From assembly GCA_015058845.1 (NCBI GenBank), contig SVBO01000001.1, forward strand, positions 3,934 through 67,933: a stretch of DNA of 64,000 bases. Reading direction: 5' to 3'. Of this stretch, positions 26,928-36,933 are shown piece after piece (positions within the stretch are counted from its first letter, which is position 1; the number at the start of each line of letters is the position of its first letter). Source of the stretch: Erysipelotrichaceae bacterium (GTDB lineage: Bacteria > Bacillota_I > Bacilli_A > Erysipelotrichales > Erysipelotrichaceae). The notes below the pieces were generated by a model. It saw only the letters and a program-made list of their open reading frames with translations. It had not been told where the DNA came from and searched no databases. The position numbers and the translations under genes are program-made.

Positions 26928-29900
26928 ATGAGCAGAGTATATCGTGTATTCGTAGAGAAGAGAGAAGATTTCGCTGTTGAAGCTCGTGAGATCTTAGAGA
27001 ACTTAAGAACACAATTAAAATTAGGAAATTTAAAGAATCTTCAAGTAGTGAACCGTTATGATGTACAAGGAATCAGTGAAGAAGTACTAAATCAAGGAAT
27101 CAGCACTATTCTAAGTGAACCAATGGTAGATGATGTAACACTTGAAGATTATCCAAGTGAAGGTCGTCATGTATTTGCGATCGAATATTTACCTGGCCAA
27201 TATGACCAAAGAGCAGATGCTTGTGAGCAATGCTTCCAATTATTAACAGGGGAAAAGAACGTTAAGGTCAAATGTGCTAGATTGATCGTTCTAGAAGGTG
27301 ATCTAAGTGAAGAAGAGATCGTTGCTATTCAGAAGTATATGATCAACCCAGTTGACCAACGTCTAGCTAGCCTTGAGAAAGTTGACGACTTAACAGATGG
27401 AGAAGTAAAGATCGATCTTGTGCCTGTGATCACAGGATTCATTGATTTCTCTGAAGAAGAATTAAAGTCATTCTTGAAGTCTAATGGAATGGCTATGAAC
27501 TTAGATGACTTAAAGGTTACACAAGAATACTACAGAGATGAGGAACATCGTGATCCTACTGAAACTGAATTAAAGGTTCTTGATACATATTGGTCTGACC
27601 ACTGTCGTCATACTACTTTCGGAACTATTATTACTGATCTAGAAATTGAAAATGGAACATTCAAGGAAATCTTAGAAAAGGATGTTCAAGATTATATTAC
27701 AAGCCGTCACGTAGTATATGGTATCGAGACTAAGCGTCCATTAACATTAATGGATCTAGCTACGATCTCTATGAAAGAACTTCGTAAGACTGGTTACTTA
27801 GATGACCTAGAAGTAAGTGAAGAGATCAATGCTTGTTCTGTAGAAGTGAAGATCCAAACTAGTGAAGGTGAAGAAGACTGGTTATTAATGTTCAAGAATG
27901 AGACTCATAACCATCCGACAGAGATCGAACCATTCGGTGGTGCTGCTACATGTTTAGGTGGTGCTATTCGTGACCCATTATCAGGTAGAGCATATGTATA
28001 TCAATCTATGCGTATTACGGGTGCTGGGGATCCTAGAAAGTCTTTAGATGAGACTTTAAAGGGTAAACTTCCTCAAAGAAAGCTTTGTCAAGAAGCTGCT
28101 CATGGTTTCTCTAGTTATGGTAACCAAATTGGTCTAACTACTGGATATGTACATGAGATCTATGATGAGGGATATGTTGCTAAGCGTATGGAAGTAGGGG
28201 CTGTTGTAGCAGCTGCTCCAAAAGAACAAGTTAAGCGTCTTGAACCATTAAATGGTCATATCGTATTATTGATCGGTGGTAGAACTGGTCGTGATGGTAT
28301 TGGTGGAGCTACTGGTTCTTCTAAGTCACATGAACTAGAAACTACTACTACTGCAGGGGCTGAAGTTCAAAAGGGTAACCCTGTAGAAGAAAGAAAGATC
28401 CAACGTTTATTCAGAAACAAGGCAGTATCTGAAAAGATCGTTCGTTGTAATGACTTTGGTGCTGGTGGTGTTTGTGTTGCTGTTGGTGAATTAGCAGATG
28501 GTCTAGAGATCCAACTAGATGCTGTATTAAAGAAATATGAAGGTCTTACTGGTACTGAGTTAGCTATCTCTGAGTCTCAAGAGAGAATGGCTATCGTGAT
28601 CGATGCTAAGGATGAAGCTATGATCAAGCAAGCTTGTCAAGATGAGAACTTAGAAGTAGTTAAGATCGCTACTGTGACTGATAAGAACCGTTTAACAATG
28701 TCTTATTTAGGACAAACGATCGTAGATATCGACCGTAACTTCTTAAATATGAATGGTGCTAGTCGTTACCAAAACGTAAGAATCGAATTACCTAACTTCG
28801 ATAAGACTCCATTTGATGTAGAAGAACAAACAGACTTCACAGCTACTTCTAAAGAAGTATTAAGCCGTCTATCTGTATGTTCTCAAAAGGGTCTAGTAGA
28901 ACGTTTCGACTCTTCAATCGGTAATGCTACTGTATTATCTCCTTATGGTGGTAAGACATTCCGTACTGAGACAGAAGGTATGGCAGCATTATTACCAGTA
29001 TTAGGTAAAGAAACAACTACATGTTCATTAATGAGTTATGGGTATAACCCAGTAATCTCTAAATGGTCTCCATACCATGGTAGTATCTATGCTGTAGTAG
29101 AATCTGTAGCGAAGATCGTAGCTATGGGTGGTGATTACCATACAATCCGCTTCTCTTTCCAAGAGTACTTCGAGAAGTTATTAGATAATCCTACTAAGTG
29201 GGGTAAACCATATGCTGCATTATTAGGTGCTTATCGTGCTCAATCTGCTCTTAAGTTACCTTCTATCGGTGGTAAGGACTCTATGTCTGGTTCATTCGAA
29301 GAATTGAACGTTCCACCTACATTGATCTCATTTGCGATTACTGCTAGTGATGTAGCGAATGTGATCTCTCCAGAGTTAAAGAGTGTTGGTCATACATTAG
29401 TAGAGATCGAATTACCAAAAGATGCTTACCATGTATATGACTTTGATGCTCTACAAGCTCAATATGATTATGTATCTTCTCTAATGAGAGAAAAGAAAGT
29501 ATATAGTGCTTATACTGTCAAAGATGGTGGTGTTATTGAAGCTATTTACAAGATGGCATTCGGTAATAACATTGGTGTTAAGTTAAATGACGACTTATCA
29601 CTAGAATCTTTAGTAGCTAAGAACTATGGTAATATTATTATTGAAGTAGAAGATGATTCTGTAGTAACTGCAGAAAATACTCGTATCATTGGTCATACTG
29701 TAGAAGAAGCATGTGTATCTTATAAGGGTACTTGCGTATGCTTAGAGGAAGCTTATCAAGCACATAGTGCCGTTCTTGATGAAGTATATCCAACAACTGC
29801 AGTAGCTCCAACAACAGATGTGAAAGTACAAGATTGTCATGAACGCTCTACTCTAAAGGCTGCTAAGAAGTATGATGAAGTGAAAGTAGTCATTCCTGTA

Positions 29901-30680
29901 TTCCCAGGTACTAACTGTGAATATGATTCTAAGCGTGCGTTTGAGAAAGCTGGTGCTACAGTACAATTAGTATTGATCCGTAATAAGACTGAAGAAGATA
30001 TCAAGAAGTCTGTAGATGAATTAGAAGCAGCTATCAAGACTGCTCAGATCGTTATGCTTCCTGGTGGATTCTCTGCTGGTGATGAACCAGAGGGTTCTGG
30101 TAAGTTCATTGCTACTGTATTAAGAAATCCTAAGTTAAATGCTGCTATTACTGATCTATTAGAGAATCGTGATGGTTTAATGATTGGTATTTGTAATGGT
30201 TTCCAAGCATTGATCAAACTTGGTCTATTACCTTACAATGCTATTAAAGAAATGGATAAGAATGATCCAACATTAACATTCAATACGATTGGTCGTCACG
30301 TATCTCAAATGGTAACAACACGTATCGCATCTGTTAAGTCTCCATGGTTAGCAAATGTTAACGTAGGAGATATCCATGTAGTACCAGTATCACATGGTGA
30401 AGGTCGTTTCGTGGCTAATCCTGAGGTATTAGAAGACTTATTCAAGAATGGTCAAGTGATCACGCAATATGTGGATGAGAACTTACAACCTACTATGAAG
30501 TCACCATATAATCCAAATGGATCTATGATGGCTATTGAGGGTATCGTATCTAAGAATGGTCGTGTTCTTGGTAAGATGGCTCATAGTGAACGTCAAGGCG
30601 ATAATCGTAATATGAACATCTATGGTGAGATGGATCAATTATTATTCGAAGCTGGCGTTAAGTATTTCAAAGGAGAATAA
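26928..30680 (+). CDS. purL: phosphoribosylformylglycinamidine synthase, single-chain (PurS/PurL/PurQ fused) form
   Basis: 1250 aa. WSDHCRHTTF, NHPTEIEPFGGAATC, C-terminal glutaminase GICNGFQ and HSER. Confidence 0.92.
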   Translation: MSRVYRVFVEKREDFAVEAREILENLRTQLKLGNLKNLQVVNRYDVQGISEEVLNQGISTILSEPMVDDVTLEDYPSEGRHVFAIEYLPGQYDQRADACEQCFQLLTGEKNVKVKCARLIVLEGDLSEEEIVAIQKYMINPVDQRLASLEKVDDLTDGEVKIDLVPVITGFIDFSEEELKSFLKSNGMAMNLDDLKVTQEYYRDEEHRDPTETELKVLDTYWSDHCRHTTFGTIITDLEIENGTFKEILEKDVQDYITSRHVVYGIETKRPLTLMDLATISMKELRKTGYLDDLEVSEEINACSVEVKIQTSEGEEDWLLMFKNETHNHPTEIEPFGGAATCLGGAIRDPLSGRAYVYQSMRITGAGDPRKSLDETLKGKLPQRKLCQEAAHGFSSYGNQIGLTTGYVHEIYDEGYVAKRMEVGAVVAAAPKEQVKRLEPLNGHIVLLIGGRTGRDGIGGATGSSKSHELETTTTAGAEVQKGNPVEERKIQRLFRNKAVSEKIVRCNDFGAGGVCVAVGELADGLEIQLDAVLKKYEGLTGTELAISESQERMAIVIDAKDEAMIKQACQDENLEVVKIATVTDKNRLTMSYLGQTIVDIDRNFLNMNGASRYQNVRIELPNFDKTPFDVEEQTDFTATSKEVLSRLSVCSQKGLVERFDSSIGNATVLSPYGGKTFRTETEGMAALLPVLGKETTTCSLMSYGYNPVISKWSPYHGSIYAVVESVAKIVAMGGDYHTIRFSFQEYFEKLLDNPTKWGKPYAALLGAYRAQSALKLPSIGGKDSMSGSFEELNVPPTLISFAITASDVANVISPELKSVGHTLVEIELPKDAYHVYDFDALQAQYDYVSSLMREKKVYSAYTVKDGGVIEAIYKMAFGNNIGVKLNDDLSLESLVAKNYGNIIIEVEDDSVVTAENTRIIGHTVEEACVSYKGTCVCLEEAYQAHSAVLDEVYPTTAVAPTTDVKVQDCHERSTLKAAKKYDEVKVVIPVFPGTNCEYDSKRAFEKAGATVQLVLIRNKTEEDIKKSVDELEAAIKTAQIVMLPGGFSAGDEPEGSGKFIATVLRNPKLNAAITDLLENRDGLMIGICNGFQALIKLGLLPYNAIKEMDKNDPTLTFNTIGRHVSQMVTTRIASVKSPWLANVNVGDIHVVPVSHGEGRFVANPEVLEDLFKNGQVITQYVDENLQPTMKSPYNPNGSMMAIEGIVSKNGRVLGKMAHSERQGDNRNMNIYGEMDQLLFEAGVKYFKGE

Positions 30681-30737
30681 CAAATAGAGAATAGCAAGTT
30701 TTCTTGCTATTCCCTGTCATTTTTAGGAGGATAAATT

Positions 30738-32156
30738 ATGAGTGGCTTTTTTGGTGTCGTTTCTAAAACAGACTGTGTCATGGATCTATTCTTTGGAGTA
30801 GACTACCATTCACATCTTGGTACTAAGCGTGGTGGTCTTGCTGTCTATGATGATAGTGAGGATGGATTCCATCGCAGTATCCACAATATCGAGAATACAC
30901 CATTCCGTACTAAATTCGAGTACGATATCGAACATTTCAAAGGGAAAGCTGGTGTCGGCTGTATCTCTGACAGTGAACCACAACCATTATTAGTACAATC
31001 TAAACTAGGTTCATTTGCTATTACTACAGTGGGAAGGATCAATAACCTAGATGAACTAAGAAAAGAATGTTTCAACAATGGACATGTGCATTTCTTAGAA
31101 ATGAGCAAGGGAAAAGTAAACCCTACTGAATTAGTAGCAGCCTTGATCAATCAAAAGGATACGATCGTAGAAGGTATCACATATGCGCAAGAAATGATCA
31201 AAGGATCTATGAGTATCTTATTACTATTCCCAGATCATATTATTGCAGCTAGAGACAAATTAGGAAGAACTCCTATCATTTTGGGTAAAAAAGAAGGTGC
31301 ACATTGCGCAACATTTGAAAGTTCAGCATATCTTAATCTAGGATACCATTATGTATGTGACCTAGGACCAGGAGAAATCGTTTCTATCACAACTGATGAT
31401 GTTACTCAATTAAAAGAACCTGGCACAGAAATGCGTATGTGTTCATTCTTGTGGACATATTTCGGATATCCTACTGCCACATATGAAGGTATCAACGTAG
31501 AATCTATGCGTTATCGTAGTGGCGAGATGCTAAGATCTCGTGATGATGTTGAGGTAGATACAGTGGCTGGTGTACCTGATTCTGGTGTACCACATGCTAT
31601 TGGGTATTCTAATAAGTCTGGGTATCCATATACTAGACCATTCATTAAGTATACACCAACATGGCCACGTTCATTTATGCCATCTAGTCAACAACAACGT
31701 AATTTGATCGCTCGTATGAAGTTGATTCCAGTACAAGAATTGATCAAAGACCAACGTCTATTATTGATCGATGACTCTATCGTACGTGGTACTCAATTAA
31801 GAGAAACATCTGATTTCTTATATGAATCTGGTGCTAAGGAAGTACACGTAAGACCTGCATGTCCACCGATCATGTTTGGTTGTAAATACTTGAACTTCTC
31901 TCGTTCTGTATCTGAAATGGATCTAATTGCTCGTAGAGTGATTGCTGAATTAGAAGGTACTGAAGAGATCTCTAGTGAAGTTCTACAACAATATATCGAT
32001 CCAGAGAATGAGAAGTATCAAAAGATGGTAGAAGTGATCCGTGACCGTATGCACTTCACATCTTTAAAATATCAACGTAGAGATGATCTAGTGAAAGCTA
32101 TTGGTATTGATCCATGTAAGCTTTGCACATATTGCTTTGATGGGAAAGACGAATAA
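30738..32156 (+). CDS. amidophosphoribosyltransferase homologue lacking the N-terminal Cys nucleophile (Ser2)
   Basis: 472 aa. PRTase motif LLLIDDSIVRGTQL. Cys residues positioned like Fe-S ligands (MCSF.., FGCKY, CKLCTYC). N-terminus is MSGFFGV where PurF has (M)CG[IV]xG. An in-frame TAA two codons upstream excludes a propeptide. Confidence 0.7.
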   Translation: MSGFFGVVSKTDCVMDLFFGVDYHSHLGTKRGGLAVYDDSEDGFHRSIHNIENTPFRTKFEYDIEHFKGKAGVGCISDSEPQPLLVQSKLGSFAITTVGRINNLDELRKECFNNGHVHFLEMSKGKVNPTELVAALINQKDTIVEGITYAQEMIKGSMSILLLFPDHIIAARDKLGRTPIILGKKEGAHCATFESSAYLNLGYHYVCDLGPGEIVSITTDDVTQLKEPGTEMRMCSFLWTYFGYPTATYEGINVESMRYRSGEMLRSRDDVEVDTVAGVPDSGVPHAIGYSNKSGYPYTRPFIKYTPTWPRSFMPSSQQQRNLIARMKLIPVQELIKDQRLLLIDDSIVRGTQLRETSDFLYESGAKEVHVRPACPPIMFGCKYLNFSRSVSEMDLIARRVIAELEGTEEISSEVLQQYIDPENEKYQKMVEVIRDRMHFTSLKYQRRDDLVKAIGIDPCKLCTYCFDGKDE

Positions 32157-32176
32157 CTAAATAGGAGGATATAGCT

Positions 32177-34249
32177 ATGAATGATCTATTGAATCAATAC
32201 GGCTGTTATACTTTCAATGATGAGGTCATGAGAGAGAGACTACCTAAGTCTACTTACAAAGCTTTCCATGAAGCTCTAGAGAAAGGTGAGCCATTATCTA
32301 AAGAAATCGCTGCTGCTATTGCGAATGCAATGAAGATCTGGGCTATTGAGAAAGGGGCAACACACTTTACTCACTGGTTCACACCATTAACTGGACTTTC
32401 AGCAGAGAAGCATGATGCTTTCCTAGAACCTGATGGAGATCGTGCTGTATTAGAATTTAGTGGTAAACTATTACGTAAAGGGGAGCCAGATGCTTCTAGT
32501 TTCCCTAGTGGTGGTATTAGAAGTACTTTCGAAGCACGTGGATATACTTCTTGGGACTGTACTTCTAGTGCATTCGTAAAGGATGGTTCTTTATATATCC
32601 CAACATTATTCTGTTCTTATACTGGAGAAGCATTAGATAACAAGACTCCATTATTGAAATCTTGTGATGCTTTATCCAAAGAAGCTGTACGTTTATGTAA
32701 GCTATTAGGTATGGAAGGTGTAACTAAGGTCACTTCTTATGTAGGTAGTGAGCAAGAATACTTCTTAGTAGCTGATGAATACTATCAAAAGAGAATCGAC
32801 TTAAAGTTAACTGGACGTACATTATTTGGAGCCAATGCTCCTAAGGGTCAAGAACTAGATGACCATTACTTTGGTAGTCTAAAACGCAAAGTAGCTGCTT
32901 TCATGAAGGAACTAGACCAAGAGTTATGGAAGTTCGGTATCCCGTCTAAGACTAAACACAATGAAGCTGCTCCTGCTCAACATGAGTTAGCTTGTGTATA
33001 TCGTGAAGTAAATATTACAGCAGATAACAACCAGTTACTAATGCAGTTAATGCAAGATATTGCTAAGAAACATGGTCTTCGCTGTCTATTACATGAGAAA
33101 CCATTCAGTGGTATCAATGGATCTGGTAAGCATAATAACTGGTCTGTAGTGACTAATACTGGTGTAAACCTATTCCTACCTGGTAGAGAAGCGATCAAGA
33201 ACTTACCATTCTTAGCAGCTCTAGCATGTGTCGTTAAGGGTGTAGATGAATATGCAGACTTATTACGCTTAAGTACAGCGTGTGTCGGAAATGATCATCG
33301 TCTAGGAGGTCATGAAGCACCACCAGCGATCGTATCTATGTTCTTAGGAAATGAACTAGATGCTGTGATCGAATCTATCGTAGAAGATAAAGCATTACAA
33401 GATCTTCAAAGAAAACGCTTCTTAACAGGTGTATCTGTGATCCCTGATTTTGCTATGGATAACACAGATCGTAACCGTACATCTCCATTCGCATTCACTG
33501 GTAATAAGTTTGAATTTAGAGGACTTGGTTCTTCTCAATCTATTGCGGGTGTAAATACTACATTGAATAGTATCTTAGCTATTGAAATGCGTAAGATGGC
33601 AGATGAGATCGAGAGTGGTAAGACTCCTATCGAAGTGATCCGTTCTTTCTTAAAGGATCATCAACGTATTATCTTTAGTGGAGATGGGTATTCCACTAAA
33701 TGGGAAGAAGAAGCAGAGAGAAGAGGTCTACCTCATCGTAAGAATAGTGTAGATGCTATCGCATGTCTACGTGATCCTAAGATGTATGGATTATTCATTG
33801 ATCTTGGGGTTTATTCTCAAACAGAGATCGATGCTCGTTATGATATTAAGTTAGAGAACTATTGTAAGTGTATCAAGTTAGAAGCTTCTACTGCTTTAAA
33901 GATGGCTAGAAATGAGATCTATCCAGCTTGTATCAAGTATCTGAATCAATTAGCTGGTACTGCAGATAACTTAGAAGATGTTGGTGTAGATTATGAGTTC
34001 TTGAAAGATGATATCAAGGATCTTGCTGCATTGCTTAAGAAGATCAAGAAGGCTATCGTTCAACTAGATAATGCTATCAATAAGGCACATGCGTATAACG
34101 GTGATCCATTCAAGAAAGCTGTATTATATCGTGATAAGGTAGTAGTAGCTATGGATCGTCTTCGTAAGTTAGTAGATGAAGCTGAGACTATGGTAGATGA
34201 GGCGTATTGGCCAATTCCTACTTATATCGATCTATTATTTGGAATCTAA
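32177..34249 (+). CDS. glnN: glutamine synthetase type III
   Basis: 690 aa. N-terminal FNDEVMRERLPK..THFTHWF and central NGSGKHNNWS typical of GSIII. 20-nt gap after the purF-like gene with its own AGGAGG. Confidence 0.85.
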   Translation: MNDLLNQYGCYTFNDEVMRERLPKSTYKAFHEALEKGEPLSKEIAAAIANAMKIWAIEKGATHFTHWFTPLTGLSAEKHDAFLEPDGDRAVLEFSGKLLRKGEPDASSFPSGGIRSTFEARGYTSWDCTSSAFVKDGSLYIPTLFCSYTGEALDNKTPLLKSCDALSKEAVRLCKLLGMEGVTKVTSYVGSEQEYFLVADEYYQKRIDLKLTGRTLFGANAPKGQELDDHYFGSLKRKVAAFMKELDQELWKFGIPSKTKHNEAAPAQHELACVYREVNITADNNQLLMQLMQDIAKKHGLRCLLHEKPFSGINGSGKHNNWSVVTNTGVNLFLPGREAIKNLPFLAALACVVKGVDEYADLLRLSTACVGNDHRLGGHEAPPAIVSMFLGNELDAVIESIVEDKALQDLQRKRFLTGVSVIPDFAMDNTDRNRTSPFAFTGNKFEFRGLGSSQSIAGVNTTLNSILAIEMRKMADEIESGKTPIEVIRSFLKDHQRIIFSGDGYSTKWEEEAERRGLPHRKNSVDAIACLRDPKMYGLFIDLGVYSQTEIDARYDIKLENYCKCIKLEASTALKMARNEIYPACIKYLNQLAGTADNLEDVGVDYEFLKDDIKDLAALLKKIKKAIVQLDNAINKAHAYNGDPFKKAVLYRDKVVVAMDRLRKLVDEAETMVDEAYWPIPTYIDLLFGI

Positions 34250-34259
34250 TATAAACGAC

Positions 34260-34285
34260 AAAGGGAATGATCACTCATTCCCTTT
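34260..34285. terminator. bidirectional terminator AAAGGGAATGA-tcac-TCATTCCCTTT
   Basis: Perfect 11-bp stem between the convergent glnN and HAD genes. Confidence 0.75.
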
Positions 34286-35113
34286 CTTATTATACGCAAT
34301 GATCCAATCGATCGCCTCAGCCACACTATCTACCACATGGGCAGCATGATTCTTCACATACTCTTCCCCATGACTCAAAGCAAAACTATGTATAACTTCA
34401 CTAAACATCGAAGCATCATTATAACTATCCCCGATCACAGCGATCTCTTCTCTCTTGATACCATGCTCTATTAAACATTGAATAAACGTACCCTTACTAG
34501 CCCTCTGATTCGTGATCTCTAGATATGTAGGATTACTACGTGTGATCGTATATTTCTCCCCAAATCGACTCGTAATGATCTTCTCTAATTCAATATTGTA
34601 CGTAGGATCATAGGAAATCAGTGAGAACTTTCCAAAGTTCGTATCTGGATACTCTTGTAGATATTCTTTAATTTCTAATTCTGAAGTAGAACTACATCCT
34701 AAAACCTTAGACTCCTTGACCATACGAAAGTATGGTTCCTTTTGATTGGTGTAATAGATTCGTTTATCCCATAGATCCTGCAATTGAATGTTGTCATAAT
34801 ACTTGATCAAAGGTTCTACAAATGCTAGTAACTCCTTGATCTCACTAGCAGGTATCCCATGCTCTTGGATCATACCATTATGATATACGGCAGCTCCATT
34901 TAAACCAGCTCCCCAGATATCATCACTGAAATGATACATCTCATATAACTTGATCGGATAGGTAACAGAACGACCTGTAGCTGGAATAATATGGATCCCA
35001 TGTTCCTTAGCTCTCTTAATACCTTCTTTATTGACTTCAGATAGATCTAAGATACTTTCCCCATGCCCATGAAGTAATGTACCATCTAGATCAGATACTA
35101 GATATCGGATCAT
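34271..35113 (-). CDS. Cof-type HAD-IIB phosphatase
   Basis: SDLDGTLL motif I, ATGR, GDSYNDASMF motif IV. Confidence 0.85.
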   Translation of the reverse strand: MIRYLVSDLDGTLLHGHGESILDLSEVNKEGIKRAKEHGIHIIPATGRSVTYPIKLYEMYHFSDDIWGAGLNGAAVYHNGMIQEHGIPASEIKELLAFVEPLIKYYDNIQLQDLWDKRIYYTNQKEPYFRMVKESKVLGCSSTSELEIKEYLQEYPDTNFGKFSLISYDPTYNIELEKIITSRFGEKYTITRSNPTYLEITNQRASKGTFIQCLIEHGIKREEIAVIGDSYNDASMFSEVIHSFALSHGEEYVKNHAAHVVDSVAEAIDWIIAYNKKGNE

Positions 35114-35946
35114 ACAGTTTTCTCCTTATATTCATACTTATAACAACTCTCTACTACCCTAAATCCTACTGCCCGATATGCATCATTACTTATAGGATTC
35201 ATGGTATCTACATATAGCGTTACAAACTTATCCCCTTGTTGTAGTAATCTCTCACATACCCTAGATATCATACTCTTACAATATCCCATACCACGATACT
35301 TAGGCTTAGTATACACAGCACTAATACACTTACCCTTCTCTACATGTCTAGGAGTCATACACATAGATACTATTCTCCCCTCATCTAATAAGATATAAGC
35401 ATCATTTCTCTCTACACATGTTCTTATCTTATCTAGCGCTAATTCTCTTCCTGGAGCATCTCCTAGAGCCTCTAAAGCAAAGTCTATATACATTGTTGCT
35501 AGTTCTTCAATATGTTCACTACTAGCATACTGTAAGACTCCTAGATCTTTAAGCCTATTTACCTCAGTCAAGACCATGATATCCATAGATTCACTTAAAT
35601 ACATATTCTTATTATGTAATAGAAACCCATCTACGATCCCTTTGGAAGCACTGATCCCTGTGATCTTGATACCCTGTTCTCTCACATACATAGCGATCTC
35701 TTCTCCGACCCTCATCTCTTCCTCATCACTACTCTTACCACTTCTAGTGACTAGCATAGCAAAGGGTGGACAGTTACATATAAAGTAACGATGTTCTCTT
35801 TCACACACTGCAAATAGTACCCCTTCTTCAGGAGTACTTATTACTCTATTTAAGTTACTTATCATAAGCTGATGAACAGCCTCATTCTCTAATAACTCTG
35901 TATAATATTGGGTATAGAATTCTCTAGCACTATATATAGTGATCAT
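35110..35946 (-). CDS. GNAT family acetyltransferase (two-domain)
   Basis: 278 aa. C-terminal YRGMGYCKSMISRVCE acetyl-CoA motif. Confidence 0.65.
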   Translation of the reverse strand: MITIYSAREFYTQYYTELLENEAVHQLMISNLNRVISTPEEGVLFAVCEREHRYFICNCPPFAMLVTRSGKSSDEEEMRVGEEIAMYVREQGIKITGISASKGIVDGFLLHNKNMYLSESMDIMVLTEVNRLKDLGVLQYASSEHIEELATMYIDFALEALGDAPGRELALDKIRTCVERNDAYILLDEGRIVSMCMTPRHVEKGKCISAVYTKPKYRGMGYCKSMISRVCERLLQQGDKFVTLYVDTMNPISNDAYRAVGFRVVESCYKYEYKEKTV

Positions 35947-35948
35947 AT

Positions 35949-36812
35949 TTATACACCAGAATGGAAACTGAAACCATTTCCTTTTACTTCTCTTGTATCT
36001 GTAATGATCATGAAGGCATCTGGATCGATCTCATGGATCCCTTCATTTAGTAGTGGATATTGACTCTTATCAATGACTACCAAGATCATAGTTCTTTCCT
36101 CGTTCTTATATCCCCCATATACATTGAATAAAGTACAACCACGATCTAATTGCTTATCAATGAAACATCTTACTTCCTCTACCTTAGAAGTAATGATCTG
36201 AATACTCTTAGCTTCTTGTGCCCCTAACATCAAGATAGCATTGATCGTATAAGAACTTGTTACTACGGATAATAGACCCACTAGAACACTTTCAACATTA
36301 TAGGAATATAGACCTAATAAGATCGTTAGCGCATCTACGACTAACACCCACTTAGATACTTCGATATGCGTATATTTTGCTAAGATCAATGGTGGTACAT
36401 CCATCCCCCCTGTAGAAGCATTAGCTCTAAATACCATACCAATACCAAAACCTGCTAATACACCACCATATAAAGAAGCTAGCATGTGATCTGTAGTAAG
36501 TGGTGCTATCCCTGATAAGATCCCAATGAATACGGGATAGATCGCTGAGCTGATACATGTCTTTACAGCAAATTCTTTTCCTAATACTAACCATCCTAAT
36601 AAGAAGCATCCAATTACTAAGATATTGATCACTAGCTCTTGATCTAGATGAAAGATAGGATATAAGGCTACCGCAATACCTGCTACTCCCCCTGATAAGA
36701 TATCGTTTGGTAGAATGAATGCTTGTACAGAATATGCTAGGATAAAGTTACCTACAATGATCGTAACTATATCTTGCAACATCTTTAATAGATCCCCTTT
36801 TCTAAACTTCAT
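35949..36812 (-). CDS. YitT family membrane protein (DUF2179)
   Basis: 287 aa. Same architecture as the 13092..13943 gene. Confidence 0.75.
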   Translation of the reverse strand: MKFRKGDLLKMLQDIVTIIVGNFILAYSVQAFILPNDILSGGVAGIAVALYPIFHLDQELVINILVIGCFLLGWLVLGKEFAVKTCISSAIYPVFIGILSGIAPLTTDHMLASLYGGVLAGFGIGMVFRANASTGGMDVPPLILAKYTHIEVSKWVLVVDALTILLGLYSYNVESVLVGLLSVVTSSYTINAILMLGAQEAKSIQIITSKVEEVRCFIDKQLDRGCTLFNVYGGYKNEERTMILVVIDKSQYPLLNEGIHEIDPDAFMIITDTREVKGNGFSFHSGV

Positions 36813-36892
36813 TGTATATCCCTCCCATTTATTTCCATATTATTGTACCTTATTTCCTCATTCTTGGGAATAACCAAGAATCTAATACTTAA

Positions 36893-36926
36893 GAAAAGAC
36901 CTGGGTAAATTTCTTTACCTAGGTCT
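36893..36926 (-). terminator. terminator of prfB
   Basis: AGACCTGGGTAAA-tttc-TTTACCTAGGTCT, followed by a T-run on the minus strand. Confidence 0.65.
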
Positions 36927-36933
36927 ATTATCA

